A stretch of DNA of 64,000 nt, taken from positions 10,206-74,205 of the IMG/VR virus record IMGVR_UViG_3300006754_000011; one strand, written 5' to 3'. The number at the start of each line of letters is the position of its first letter. Position 1 is the first letter of the stretch. The notes under the pieces are model-generated. The model saw only the letters and a list, made by a program, of their open reading frames with translations, was not told where the DNA came from and made no database searches. Below, piece after piece: positions 41,318 through 52,911 of the stretch. This stretch comes from a virus. Both the position numbers and the translations under genes were made by a program.

Positions 41318-42349
41318 TTAGAAAGGAATCTCTCCTGTTTCAGGATCACGTTCTCCAATAACACGTTCAGCAGGAGGAAGAGCAGCAGTTCCTTGAGGCT
41401 TAAGTGCAGGAACACCTTCGGCAATTCCATAAGCACCAGCAAGTTTTGCAGCTTCCTGTCTGCTATGTCTATTGATATAGTCACCTAAGAAGTCGTCTTT
41501 TAACTGTTTCCAAGTTTCAGGTCTTAATTCATCTGGAATAGTCAGTTTAAGTAATGCCTTTTCAGCAGTTTCTTGATCAGAATATTCAGGAAGTTTTACA
41601 TCCTTTATAGAACAAACTTCATTTTTATAATGACCTTTAACTTCTGCAATTAATTCTGGTGAGAAAACACAGAGAGATTTAAAACGATTATCAAATTTAA
41701 CTCCAGCATCCATACCAAGAGCTGTGCTTAAACACTTCTCCATTTTTGTATAGAAATCTTTGAGTTTATTTGATAGATCTACACTGACTAAACCTTTTAC
41801 AGTTAAGACAATAGGTACTTCATGTGCAGGAGTATTGTCTTTTGTAAGAACATTAACTAGATATTTAACTCTAGTTGAGAAACGCCTAGGAGACTTATCT
41901 CTTTCAGCTTTTTCTTGATCTTCCTTAAAGGCTTCTTGAATATGCTCCATTGAAAAATCTCCAACAATAATGTTTTTAGATTTTCCAGTTTTTGGATCAA
42001 TAATAGAATCATCTACTACTAAGATTTCAGAAGTATGAATGATTTGAAGACGAGGTTCTATAAAGCAATGCATTCTTTCTTTAGCTCTACCTCTAAAGGT
42101 ATGAACATGATTAAAAAGAACACTTCCTTCTTCAAAATCTTTTGCAGTAGCAGTCCATTTACAAGTTGCCCAGTTATCTTCTTTAACACCGAAGTAGGCA
42201 GTACCTTCTCGGTCATCAACGAGAGGTTGTAGTGTTCCTAATCCTTGAATACCTGTGATGTATTCAGGATCTTTAAAGATGGCAAAGGAATCAAAACTAC
42301 GTGTACTTAACGCAGTTTTAGCAGGCTTAGAAGGCGACATAGTAGGCAT
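41318..42349 (-). CDS. Putative ssDNA-binding/recombination protein (resembles cyanobacterial DUF5895)
   Basis: PRLQII, N.PAHEVPIVLTVKG, acidic tail DPETGEIPF. Confidence 0.5.
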   Translation of the reverse strand: MPTMSPSKPAKTALSTRSFDSFAIFKDPEYITGIQGLGTLQPLVDDREGTAYFGVKEDNWATCKWTATAKDFEEGSVLFNHVHTFRGRAKERMHCFIEPRLQIIHTSEILVVDDSIIDPKTGKSKNIIVGDFSMEHIQEAFKEDQEKAERDKSPRRFSTRVKYLVNVLTKDNTPAHEVPIVLTVKGLVSVDLSNKLKDFYTKMEKCLSTALGMDAGVKFDNRFKSLCVFSPELIAEVKGHYKNEVCSIKDVKLPEYSDQETAEKALLKLTIPDELRPETWKQLKDDFLGDYINRHSRQEAAKLAGAYGIAEGVPALKPQGTAALPPAERVIGERDPETGEIPF

Positions 42350-42444
42350 TGTTAGATGCGGTAAATGTGTGACAGGTCCTCAATGCAGGAGTTGCACCCA
42401 CACAAGACAAGCTTGGTGCTGACTTGAGGTAGTTAAGAGCCTAC

Positions 42445-43191
42445 CTAGAAGGGAAGCTCTTCCTCACCTTTTGTTTTCATAGTTGATGATTCTTTATCTT
42501 CCTTAATAGTTGATTGATAAGGTTCAATTACAACGGGTTGAGGTGCTTCATATTTTTTTCCATTTGTTACAACTCTTGTTTCAGTATCAGGGTTTTCAAC
42601 TTTCTTTTTACCGAAGAATTGATAGAGACCAGCACGAGTTCTAATACTGTAACCGCCTCGTCTTTGTCCTTCAGCACTTTGCCAAGTTGAATAACGAAGA
42701 CTACCTTCCATAATCATTTGTCTTCCTTTATGTCCTAACATATCAATTCGTTTTGCATCATCTTCCCAAGCTTCTATTCTAAAACTTAAGCTATCATTCC
42801 AATCATGATTAAGTAAAGGTTGTGCAGGCGCGTTAGACATAACTGTAAACTTAAGTAAATTAGACAGAGGTTGTTCTTTAGCTTTCACATAACCACCTCC
42901 TAGTGTTACTTTATTCAATGTCAAACTACCCGGTACAATTTGAATTTCAGAATTAGGTACGAAATACATTTTATAATCTTGGCGACTTGGATAAAGACGA
43001 CCATTCAGTAATAGTCTTACTCCAGGTGCAAAAGAATTTAATATATCTCCAGCAGCTTTATTTGGTACGACATAAAGAGGAACGTCAGCACTTTTAGTAC
43101 CTATTTTTGGTAGATTAATATGTAGAAAGCGTAAGCCACTGTCACTAGTGAACTCACCTTGATAGATGCCAACGCCAACAAAAGTGTTCAT
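42445..43191 (-). CDS. Tandem OB-fold SSB-like protein
   Basis: LNKVTLGG...KGRQMIMEGSLRYSTWQ...; C-terminal EEELPF. Confidence 0.7.
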   Translation of the reverse strand: MNTFVGVGIYQGEFTSDSGLRFLHINLPKIGTKSADVPLYVVPNKAAGDILNSFAPGVRLLLNGRLYPSRQDYKMYFVPNSEIQIVPGSLTLNKVTLGGGYVKAKEQPLSNLLKFTVMSNAPAQPLLNHDWNDSLSFRIEAWEDDAKRIDMLGHKGRQMIMEGSLRYSTWQSAEGQRRGGYSIRTRAGLYQFFGKKKVENPDTETRVVTNGKKYEAPQPVVIEPYQSTIKEDKESSTMKTKGEEELPF

Positions 43192-43432
43192 GATTTGATT
43201 GTGATTTGATTTGGGGTACTGTAGAAAGCATTGTCAAGCCTGTCTAATATAACTTCTTCTACTGCAATCTGTCTGTGTATTAATAAATCAATTAACACAC
43301 AGAGGTCATCACTCATGGCATTTAATTCTTTTGTATCAAAATCTTTAAGAGATTTCTTAAGTAATTCTTTTAAATGACGGAAGTCAGTGACAGGTTTCAT
43401 TGTGCTTTTAAAAATAGGATTACTCTATGCTT

Positions 43433-43657
43433 TCACTCTAATATGTCAAGCAATTTATCTATAATCTTTTGAATAATGCTTACATCAATGTCCATAAAGG
43501 GTGGAATGATTCCTAAAACTCTTAATAATCCGTCAATAAATGCAGCCATAATAATAAACCCTAAAGCCATGCTTATCAGGGTTGCATTACGATTATGCTT
43601 GGCCATTGCGAAATCAATAGCCTCTTTAATCATTTCATCAACTTCTTGTCGATTCAT
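43433..43657 (-). CDS. Small membrane protein of cyanobacterial/cyanophage type
   Basis: HNRNATLISM..GF...DGLLR.LGIIPPFM.ID. Confidence 0.6.
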   Translation of the reverse strand: MNRQEVDEMIKEAIDFAMAKHNRNATLISMALGFIIMAAFIDGLLRVLGIIPPFMDIDVSIIQKIIDKLLDILE

Positions 43658-44380
43658 CTTAGTTTTTACTAAAGAATCTTTGATTTAGAATACAACTAAT
43701 AGTTATTTTAAGTTGATGAGGTTTGCGGGACAAGGGCTTGTTGCTCAACCGAAATGGGATCATAATCCTGTTATGGATGAAATACCTCGTTGGCATAATC
43801 CAAAAACAGGTAAATTAGAACCTATCAATCCTCCAGAGACAGGTCATGGATGGCCTGATAGAGGAGGTGGAGCAGTACATGGATCTAGAATAATGAAACC
43901 TATAGGTACTGAGCATCCGCTTGATCAACCAACTGGTTTAGATCCTTATCAAGATATGAATAATGTAGAAGTTGCAGGTTTACCTGAAGCTCTTACTGAA
44001 TGGATAACAGGAACAACACGTTTTCCTGGAGCCAAAACAGTTGATTCTTGGTTAGATAGAAAAAGAAGTAGGGGATTAGAGTTACCTGATGTAACTAGCG
44101 GCACTACTTTTAATTTAAGAGGTGGCAATAGCCTTCTTCAGCCACCGTATTAACTATGACAGTTTTAGATTCGCCTCCTGATTGGCGACCAAAAATTCCA
44201 ACAAGAGTTTTTAAAAGAACATGGGATGTGATAGGTTTAAATTACTAAGGTAAAAAATCAGTAGGCCCAATTCCTTCAATTCCTCTATGATTGGGACGAG
44301 AGTTTTCATGTATCATTCTCATTACAAGAATGATACATAATGCAATAAAAATTGCAGCTAAAATACAAATTGTTAGTAAC

Positions 44381-46231
44381 TTAATGGGTTTCCATCCAAT
44401 TATTTCCTATCCTAGCTTCACCTGTTAAGGGACATTTCAGTTTGAAATATTCACCAGATTTTCTAAAAGAATCGATTGCAAGTTCTTTAAAAATTTCAGT
44501 ATGGTGAGGACGGACTAAAGCTTGAACTTCATCGTGGACGTGAGCAACAAAGCCCCAGTCTTCTCCAAACTTTAAACCTTTATTTTCTAAATCATCATAA
44601 AGAATCGTAGTAGCTTTCTTAACTGTGATAGCTCCAGTTGATTGAAGTAATTGATTTAAAGCAGAATGTTTTGATCTGATTTGTAGATGTCTACCATCAA
44701 TACCTTTTAGATAGTTACGATCTCTTAAAGCAACATCAATATTATCTTTTAACTTTTTAATAGCTGGAAGATTTTTATAAAAGGTATCAATAGTTTGTTT
44801 ACCTTTACGGTACTGTTGATCTTCAGTACCCTTTGGCATAATTATTGAACCTGTTTTCTTACCTCCTCCGCCATAAAGAATGCAATAAATCAGACGCTTA
44901 CTAAGATCTCTAGTAGCTTTCTCTATAGGTTTATCCTGTTCTTGTATACCAAAGAGACATGCATTATGGAAATGAATATCACGATCTGGATTACTAACTA
45001 GTGCTGCATATTCACCTCCATCATAATAAGCAAGCCATGCACCAAGTGCACGAAGTTCAAGCCCAGAAGCATCAGCTCCGACTAACTTCCAGCCCTCTGG
45101 AGCATAGAAGAGAGCACGGCACTCAGCACCGTAAGGGTGCCCAACGCTAGGAATTTGCGCTGTATTCGGACGTTTGTGACTACATCGTCCACTGATTGCC
45201 GCGTTGGTGATAACTTCACCATGTATTTTGCCATCATGGTATCGATCACAGTGTTTAAGCCATGCCTCTTTCCCTTCCGCAATTTGACCTATCCTTTTAT
45301 TTAGAAGTTGATATTCAGCTAGTAGTTTAGCTTCGGGATATTTAGTTCCAAGTTTTTCAAGAACATCATCATCTACTTTTGGAGAACCTTTTTCTGTTGA
45401 TTCAAAAGTTATTTCAGGATACTTTTCTTTCAAACGTTCAGATGTTTGTTGTCTTGAAGCTGGATTAAAATTAGTTACTTTAGTTTTTAATTTTCTTCCA
45501 GTTTTTTCTGACCACCTTTCTTTTTCAATTGGAGGAAATGTATCTTGAAGATTGGTTTCTAATTCAGATCGTCTTACTTTTAAATCATTAACTAATGCAT
45601 AAGCAGATTTTGAATTAAAAGGGAAACCAAAACGTTCTTGTAAAGAAATAACTTTAGCGAATTCATGTTCTAATTTCAATGCTCGTTTATCCATTTCTTG
45701 AGCACGAAAATACTCATATAATTTATGTGTAACTAGAACATCTTGTTCACAGTATTCTTGCATACTTAAAGACCAAGATTCCCAGACGTCTTTAACATCT
45801 AATTCTTTTTTTGCTTCTTCTTTAAATGCAATTTTTTGTGTACCTAAACGTTCTCCCCATGCAGCTAAAGAATGTCTTCCTTTATATTTAGAATCAATAT
45901 GAGTCCATTTAGTATAGTCAAAACTTTCTAGTTCTGGTGCCCATAGACGGCTAGTAATTAGTGTATCAAAAACTAAACAATTTTTTTTCAGTTTAAAGAA
46001 TTTGGGGTATAGTTTTTCTAAAACAGGGATATCATATTTAATAACGTTATGACCAACTAATAGATGTGCTGAATTAAGAATAGAAATTCCAGTTTCAATT
46101 GGAGCATAACCTTCTTGATCACAACAACTAATAAATGTTCCATCATTAATATTTCGAAGAACTAAAGAATGAATAGTACTTACTGTATCTAGTAAGCCAT
46201 TTGTTTCTAAATCAAAAATGTAAGAATTCAT
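44381..46231 (-). CDS. T7-like family A DNA polymerase with 3'-5' exonuclease
   Basis: FDLETNG (ExoI), GHNVIKYD, YCEQDV, GADASGLELR (motif A), KRLIYCILYG (motif B, Tyr at the 762-equivalent), HVHDE (motif C). Confidence 0.95.
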   Translation of the reverse strand: MNSYIFDLETNGLLDTVSTIHSLVLRNINDGTFISCCDQEGYAPIETGISILNSAHLLVGHNVIKYDIPVLEKLYPKFFKLKKNCLVFDTLITSRLWAPELESFDYTKWTHIDSKYKGRHSLAAWGERLGTQKIAFKEEAKKELDVKDVWESWSLSMQEYCEQDVLVTHKLYEYFRAQEMDKRALKLEHEFAKVISLQERFGFPFNSKSAYALVNDLKVRRSELETNLQDTFPPIEKERWSEKTGRKLKTKVTNFNPASRQQTSERLKEKYPEITFESTEKGSPKVDDDVLEKLGTKYPEAKLLAEYQLLNKRIGQIAEGKEAWLKHCDRYHDGKIHGEVITNAAISGRCSHKRPNTAQIPSVGHPYGAECRALFYAPEGWKLVGADASGLELRALGAWLAYYDGGEYAALVSNPDRDIHFHNACLFGIQEQDKPIEKATRDLSKRLIYCILYGGGGKKTGSIIMPKGTEDQQYRKGKQTIDTFYKNLPAIKKLKDNIDVALRDRNYLKGIDGRHLQIRSKHSALNQLLQSTGAITVKKATTILYDDLENKGLKFGEDWGFVAHVHDEVQALVRPHHTEIFKELAIDSFRKSGEYFKLKCPLTGEARIGNNWMETH

Positions 46232-48292
46232 TTTAGAAATTTGTTATACAACCGAGCAACATTAATAATTTGTAATTCTGGAAAGGAAGGATCAAAGTTT
46301 ACAATTCTTTCTTGTACTGTTTTAGCAGCAGTAATAGTATTGAAACACATTGAATTGTTTAATATTTTTGAATTAAATATTTCAGATAAGATAAAACCAT
46401 CTTTATCTTTATTAATGCAAACGACTTTATCTAACTCTGGAGTAGAGAGTGTATATCCGCGTTGCATATCACTGCCTCGGTGCTTCATTGCTGGGAACCT
46501 TATGCATGATGTACATATCTAAAGCAATGTGGAGTAATAAAGGAGCCATTAACATTGCTTTCTTTGGTAGCCCACCGAAGAAACTTTCTAACTTGTCATT
46601 GAGATCACTTCTTTCTAACTCACGAAATTCAATTGAGAACATCTGTGCTAAACCTATTAAGAAATCTTCGAGTTCCTCATCTTGATTTTTAAGACGTTCA
46701 ATCAGTTCCCATAATTCGGGATCATTTTGAATCATCTGAATTAATTCATACATAATGACTTATCGTGTACGCCGCAAGCTTATCAGTACTACATTCAAAA
46801 TCAACAGTACTTTATGTAAGCTCTTTATTGAACCTTGGGGAATATCTCAAAAGAATTTTTGGGTATGGAATGTAGGTTTTGTAATAGGAAAATCAAACCG
46901 ACAACTCAATGATTGGTATACAGAACGTAGAAATAAGAGAGCAAGAAGTATTACTGAAAAAGTTATAGGAAAAGAAGGAGTAACAACCATTACTCAAGGG
47001 TGGAAAAGAGTTTTAAAATACCGTTGGTTAATTCCACCAGGAGATACCATTTGTCTTGACTGTACAAGTGGAGATCCAGATAAACAATTTAGAGCTTGGA
47101 ATTTCTTAAAAAGACATCATCATGATTGGGAGGTCGATGAAGTAAAGAAAGAATTTTATTGGACTAGACCTCCTTATCCTAGAGATCCTGTTTGGGATAC
47201 ATCAATAATTATTCCTCGGATTCCGAAGGATCCTTTGGGATCAATTTCGGATCAGGATTACTTTGATTGTTTTGATGCTCTTCCAAAAGATCGACATAGG
47301 GCCATATCCAAGAATCAAAATAATCGAGAATAAAATTTGTTTCTACTCGATAGCTTAAAGTTCCTAAAATTCCTTTAAGGATCTGTTTAGAGTCTTTGTT
47401 TCCTTCTACAGATTGCTCTAATAATTCTTCTAGAATTGCGCGTAACCAGCGGTGGGGATCTTCTCTTGGATCAAGATAGTTAGTAGTCATTTTCTTCTAA
47501 GAAGATAGAAGCTACTATAAATAATATATTAATTAGAACTAAATAACCAGCTGGATGGTAAAAATTAAATAAGAAAAATAAATTAGATACTATCCAAACT
47601 GTTGAGATTATGAGTGTGTATTTAATGGGCATGTTTACCTATAGTATGGAACGAAGAAAGGTGAAGAAGAACAACGTCAACCTTTCTTAATAGAGGGAGT
47701 CATAGTTTTTGTTGTTTCCTATGACTAGTAAGGAAGCTCCTATTCATTAGAGAAATCCTGAGTAGGAGACCCCTCTGCTTCTGTAAAATAAGGAATTACA
47801 TCTAATTTTTTACAGATTTCTATATATGTTTTTTGTTCAGGCTCTGTAAATTCATAATACATTTCTTCCAAACAATGAATAATTAAAGAACGTTGTTGTC
47901 TAGTAAAAAAATCTTTCATAGGATTTAAGATAATGGATCATCATAAATAGAAGTACCATCTGGATAGTAATGTCCTTCTTCTGGTACTAAACCGATACTC
48001 CATTCAAAGGTAATCCTATTATCACTATAGAAAGTAGAATCTTTATGAGAGCCATCTGTAAATCCTGCATCAAGCTGTTGTTGTATATGATAGAGAACAT
48101 CATGATATTCTTCAATAGCAGGAGCATCAATTTGAATTCGGAGACGATGTTGCATGGCTAAGGAATCGAAGACAAATCAGATTAAATCTGAATGGTATTA
48201 TTTTTTTTGGGCAATCATGGCAGCCAGTGTTGTTATAGGACAGATCTATGTAGGAACTGGCTATCGTGAAATGAATAATACTATTGAAGAGT

Positions 48293-49216
48293 TTATTCAA
48301 TGTTCTGTTTCGAAAGATAAGAATCGACAGTATTTGTAATCATTTCATACGTATCAAAAATACGTTTTCCTGAATTAGCAATCTCTTCTAGAACGTCATC
48401 AGTTGCCGTATTGTGATGAACGATGTACTCAAAAGAACGCTTACCAATATCAATATTGTAATGAGAACAGACCAGATAAGCTACTGATTCTGCTTCAAGT
48501 TCTTTAATAGACCCTGGAGTATTAATACGATATTCGTGACCATTGTGCAGAATTGCGTGGCCAAGCTCATGAGACATAACACTAAACGTTGTGGCAGCAT
48601 TAAGTCCTTTAACCAATTTGATTTTGCTTGCTGTTTGTTCATCACCTGTAAACCAACATTGACCTAATGCAGCTCCCATTTCTTCTTTAGAGACATCTAC
48701 TTGGACCGCAAGCTTACGTTTCGATGCTACTTGGCATAAACCATTAAAGAGGTCTGGAGATATGTCAGCTTCGATTTGATCCAGCATTGATGAAGTATCT
48801 GGTTCACTAATAGGTTCACCTTCTGTTTGATGGTGATCAAAGACATGAGCTGTCTTAAATCGGTAAGGCTTTCTAATAGGATTCCCTTCATCATTGAATA
48901 AAGGATTACCTGTATCATCAGTAACGGTATACATAACTGGTGCAAGGATATGGATACTTTTTTCGCCCTTTCTAACAGTGCGATTAAATTTAGTTTTCCA
49001 TGTTTTAAAACCAGCAACGAGAGAACTAATTCCATAGCCTCGTCTTTGTTGTTCTAAAGCAATTAAGAAACGATTATTAAAACTGTAATGATGTATCTTC
49101 CTCATTGTATTAAGAAAGCCTGCCCAATCTTTATCATTAAGAATTTGTTGGACACCTTCCTTTAAAGATCCCAAGAGTTCTTCTGGAATCTTTGAGAGTT
49201 TTGTTTCCGTAGTCAT
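48293..49216 (-). CDS. ArdC-like ssDNA-binding domain + HExxH metallopeptidase-like domain
   Basis: HHYSFNN..LI, VAGFKTWK..RTVRKGEK, VFD..QTEG, HELGH...ELEAESVAYLVC. Confidence 0.8.
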   Translation of the reverse strand: MTTETKLSKIPEELLGSLKEGVQQILNDKDWAGFLNTMRKIHHYSFNNRFLIALEQQRRGYGISSLVAGFKTWKTKFNRTVRKGEKSIHILAPVMYTVTDDTGNPLFNDEGNPIRKPYRFKTAHVFDHHQTEGEPISEPDTSSMLDQIEADISPDLFNGLCQVASKRKLAVQVDVSKEEMGAALGQCWFTGDEQTASKIKLVKGLNAATTFSVMSHELGHAILHNGHEYRINTPGSIKELEAESVAYLVCSHYNIDIGKRSFEYIVHHNTATDDVLEEIANSGKRIFDTYEMITNTVDSYLSKQNIE

Positions 49217-51591
49217 AAAACTTTTTTAAAAGGACAGCAATTTTATAAAGAAAATTTAGTGAGCTAAACCTTCTCATTATTAAACTTACTTTTTAACTTT
49301 GTAATAATTTTGATCTTCTCGATTTAAAAGTCTACAAAGAGAAAAAGCATCCAAGCCAGAATCAAGAGCTACAAAAGCACTCTTTGATTTATCAAAGATA
49401 GTTAAATGATACTGGCCATTCTCATCGAGTAATAGGTTATAAAGTTTAACTACATTTAATTGATGTGGTTCAGTAGTAGTCATTTGTTAATCATCCAATT
49501 CTTTAATGAGTTTTTTTAAAGCTTGATCAAGTTTTTTACCTAATCGTTTCAGGTTTTCAATTTGATCTGGAATAGACATTGACATGTAAAATTCCAACTC
49601 TTCTTCATAAGTTTTTTCAGGCATTAATTTCTATCCGATTCAGCTTTCTCTATTTTCGCATCTAGAAGACGTTGATCTCTATCAGAGATATCCGCTTCAT
49701 GTAATGCATAAAGAAGTCTAGACTGAAGCTCATAACATTCAGCCCTCCAAACAAGACTGCCATTACGATTAGCTTGTTTAATTTGTTTTTCAGCTAAGTC
49801 GCTAAGTCTATAAAGTTCTGAGAAAGACATTTCAACATTAACTTTTTTCATTAGCCTTTTTTAATAGTGGTGAGCTTTAAATACTTTTCATAAAGTTCTC
49901 CCATCTTTGGTTCAGTTTTAGATGATTTCCACATCTGGCGTAAGATTAGTTCGAAATCATCTATTGGAATGACTACTGAAAGAGAACCGTTCATGTAAGG
50001 TTCAGTCATTAAATTTCCTCAAATGTTTGATCGCCATCAATGGCATATTTATTTTCAAGTTCTCTCCTGAATTCTTCTTGTCTCTCTTCATAATGAGGAT
50101 CAAGTTTATTCAGAAAATCTTTGAACATAAAATCAGTTATTGGTTTTCCGTTGAGAATCATGGATAAGCTCCTGTACTTTTTGTTGACATTCTTCAATTG
50201 CTTCGTCACTTAAATGAGAAGCAAAAGAATTAATCAGCTCAGTACATTCATTAGCCTTTTCATCAGTCGAAGCTGTGATATAAAGAACTAATGCTTTAAC
50301 TAGAGCTGTGCGGAATTCTGCTTCTGATTGAGAAACAGTTTTGTAAGGATCAGTGGATTGAATAAATCTTTGGTGGATGGTAGACATTAGTAATTACAGA
50401 TAGTTGAATGTAATTTTTTTGTATCCTGATAGTACAAATCAACATCACATTTACATGATTTAGATACATGGTGAGCTGTATCTATAGCAACGTCATAAGG
50501 CATTGTTCCATTTTCTTTAGGAACATTCTTACAACGAAGATCAAGATAGTGAGAAGATTTTAATTTCATAATTAAGAATGCAAAAGTTGGTGTTGATTCC
50601 AAGCATTTTCATACCTTTCATTAGAGGTATGACCTAAGTAAGCATTGTTTAGATCAGCATCAGTAGGCTCCCAATAAATGATCTCTTCAAGACGCTCAAT
50701 GATTTCTTCAATCATTTCTCTATGTTCTGGAAAGAGCTGTTCGTCTTGCATATCTCTTTTATCTTCTCTCTTTAACATGAGCTGAAGATCTTTATTCATA
50801 GCCTCAAGAATAGTTAGTTCACTCATTAGGATTCCTCCTTCAATGTATCTACACATTCACTTTGACATTCCTTATCATCAGGAGTACAAGTGGTAATACA
50901 TTGGAAATAATCTTCTACTGGATCTTCATCATCCCATTCATCTTTAATAAATAACTTAGAAGCTTCTAGTTCTGCGTGGTTTTTAAGATGAACACAGAAA
51001 GTAATAAACATATTAAATTCTTTAGGATTCTTAAAATCCTTTTGATTTAATTCATAAAGTTTCCAACCTCGTCCTTTAGTTCTAAAAGTTCCATCAGAAC
51101 AATCATCCATATAACGTAACATTTTCAATGCACGAAATGCATAAAGAGCTGGTGGATGAGAAGGAATAAAAGAATGTTTCATAAGATTGTTTAAGATTTG
51201 TGACCTTTAGGAAATCCGTGCAAGTGAATACTTTTTTGTTCACTTAAAGAATAAACATGACATGTATAAATAGCAGCACTTCTTAAAGGTTCATTAGGCT
51301 CTAGTCCAGTAACTCTTCTGAATGTTTTTTCATCTTTACCTGCTGTGCAATAGTAGCCATAAAGGTTTAACCAAGAATCATCTAACTCAGCATTATCTAA
51401 TGCTTCAGCACGTGTTTCTAGTTTTTCAGAATGATAAACATCCATATCAAAAGTAGCTGTACCTAAGTGTCTAGGTTGATCTCCAATAGATTCAGGATCT
51501 TGAAAGTCTACAGGTTCGTTATATTTTATATAACGCAGTACTTCCCAATAAGCTTTTCCTAAATGTTCATCAAAAGTCATAATTAAAATTT

Positions 51592-51634
51592 GTAACAGGG
51601 TGTACTACACAAACTTGTCCTTTAGGTTTATAAT
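51592..51634 (+). promoter_or_regulatory. NtcA-type promoter: GTA-N8-TAC (51592-51605), 23 nt, TATAAT (51629-51634)
   Basis: Near-canonical spacing of NtcA-activated promoters (GTA-N8-TAC-N22-TAN3T). Confidence 0.5.
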
Positions 51635-51658
51635 ACTTTTGTAGCAACCGCTACTAAA

Positions 51659-51718
51659 CGTTCACCTTATGTAATATAAGGCGCAGTTCGACTCAAGCCA
51701 AGGAACGGGGACTTGAGC
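51659..51718 (+). ncRNA. Glutamine-II (Downstream-peptide) riboswitch
   Basis: CGTTCA-[CCTTAT/ATAAGG hairpin]-CGCAGTTCGA-CTCAAG...GGAACGGG-CTTGAG pseudoknot, directly upstream of a DUF4278 gene. Confidence 0.85.
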
Positions 51719-51736
51719 ATTTATCGGACTAAGATC

Positions 51737-51895
51737 ATGAATTCACTTCTTACTTATCGCGGAGTTAAGTACTCTAAGCACGACGTTCAGAAAGCTGTTG
51801 CAAAAAATGCAGAAGAGCTTTCACAAACTAAATCCCCGTTGGTTTACAGACGTATTAATTATCGTCCAGAAATCACAGTAACAAAGACTAAGTAA
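51737..51895 (+). CDS. DUF4278 small protein
   Basis: LTYRGVKY...LVYRRINY; ATG 51737 follows the riboswitch. Confidence 0.8.
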   Translation: MNSLLTYRGVKYSKHDVQKAVAKNAEELSQTKSPLVYRRINYRPEITVTKTK

Positions 51896-52168
51896 AGTCT
51901 TTTAAACTAAAGGCAGTTGTTCTTTCTACATGGAAGATAAATCGCCTATCTATGATTTAAATCTGGAAGATTTTATGAGGTACTTCGATCCAGGAGATCC
52001 GTATCATCTTTCAGGTTTAAAAGAATTACAAGACAACATACCGAAGCGTCTTCTACGTAGCGATGCTGAATGGTTTAAGACGTGGAGCCAATCTGGCAAA
52101 CGTGCAGATCCTTATTATCAGAATTCAATACCACAATATTTTTGGCCTTATAAAGAGAGCCAGTTTTA

Positions 52169-52519
52169 TTAAGTTAATACAAAATAAGAACATTCTTCTG
52201 CATCTAATTCAGGGATGTCTAGCCGACAAGAATTACCATAATAATGTGTGCATTGATGACAAGATTTTTTAGACTTTAAACTAAGACTGTTTTTTATTTT
52301 AGTAATAATTTTTTTATTACTTAGATACTCTTCATATTCATCTGCAGTTATCTCATAAGTAGTAGCTTTGTATCCACACTGATTACAACGTTTTCTTCTA
52401 CGTCTTAAGAAAGTCTTTGAGTTCCCATGGTTATTACCTCCTGAAGGACGTGATTCTATAACCTGAAATGTTTTTTCAGAGCACTTAGGACACTTACTAG
52501 GTTCTCTTATAAAAGCCAT
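52169..52519 (-). CDS. NrdR-like Zn-ribbon protein
   Basis: KCPKC...VIESR...RRRRKRCNQCGYKATTYE. Confidence 0.75.
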   Translation of the reverse strand: MAFIREPSKCPKCSEKTFQVIESRPSGGNNHGNSKTFLRRRRKRCNQCGYKATTYEITADEYEEYLSNKKIITKIKNSLSLKSKKSCHQCTHYYGNSCRLDIPELDAEECSYFVLT

Positions 52520-52877
52520 TTAATCATTGTTCTCTAACTAACATGTGCTGAACATAAATCTCAGTACTCTTAAAACCATCTCTCAATACTTTGTAATGGA
52601 AACGAGTCGATCCTTTTTTATCAGGAATGTTTTTAGAAGGAATGAATCCATCTTCAAGATCTTCAACAATAACTCCTTTCCATGCGCCTTTACCAATAAT
52701 ACTTAAGCCTTCTTCTCCTGCGAATTGGTTCGTATTCTTTTTAATGACACGATCTCCTTTCTTATATTTAGGAGTTGGCGGACCTTTTCTAGTAGCCATG
52801 TAGTACTTTTTAAAAAGATTGACAACTTCTTTACCATATCTTATTGAGGAGATACGGCTAAAGATTTAAGTAGTTTC

Positions 52878-52906
52878 TTTACAAATCATCTCATTATGCT
52901 TACAAT
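52878..52906 (+). promoter_or_regulatory. Sigma70-type promoter TTTACA-N17-TACAAT
   Basis: -35 at 52878-52883, -10 at 52901-52906, no downstream ORF. Confidence 0.7.
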
Positions 52907-52911
52907 AAAAT

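Noticed and set aside
51883-51912. Extra pseudoknot copy on the + strand (AAAGAC-TAAGTAAA-GTCTTT-TAAACT)
   Set aside because: The stem and linker match, but the 3' tail (AAAGG) cannot pair with the loop. It is at best a degenerate copy.
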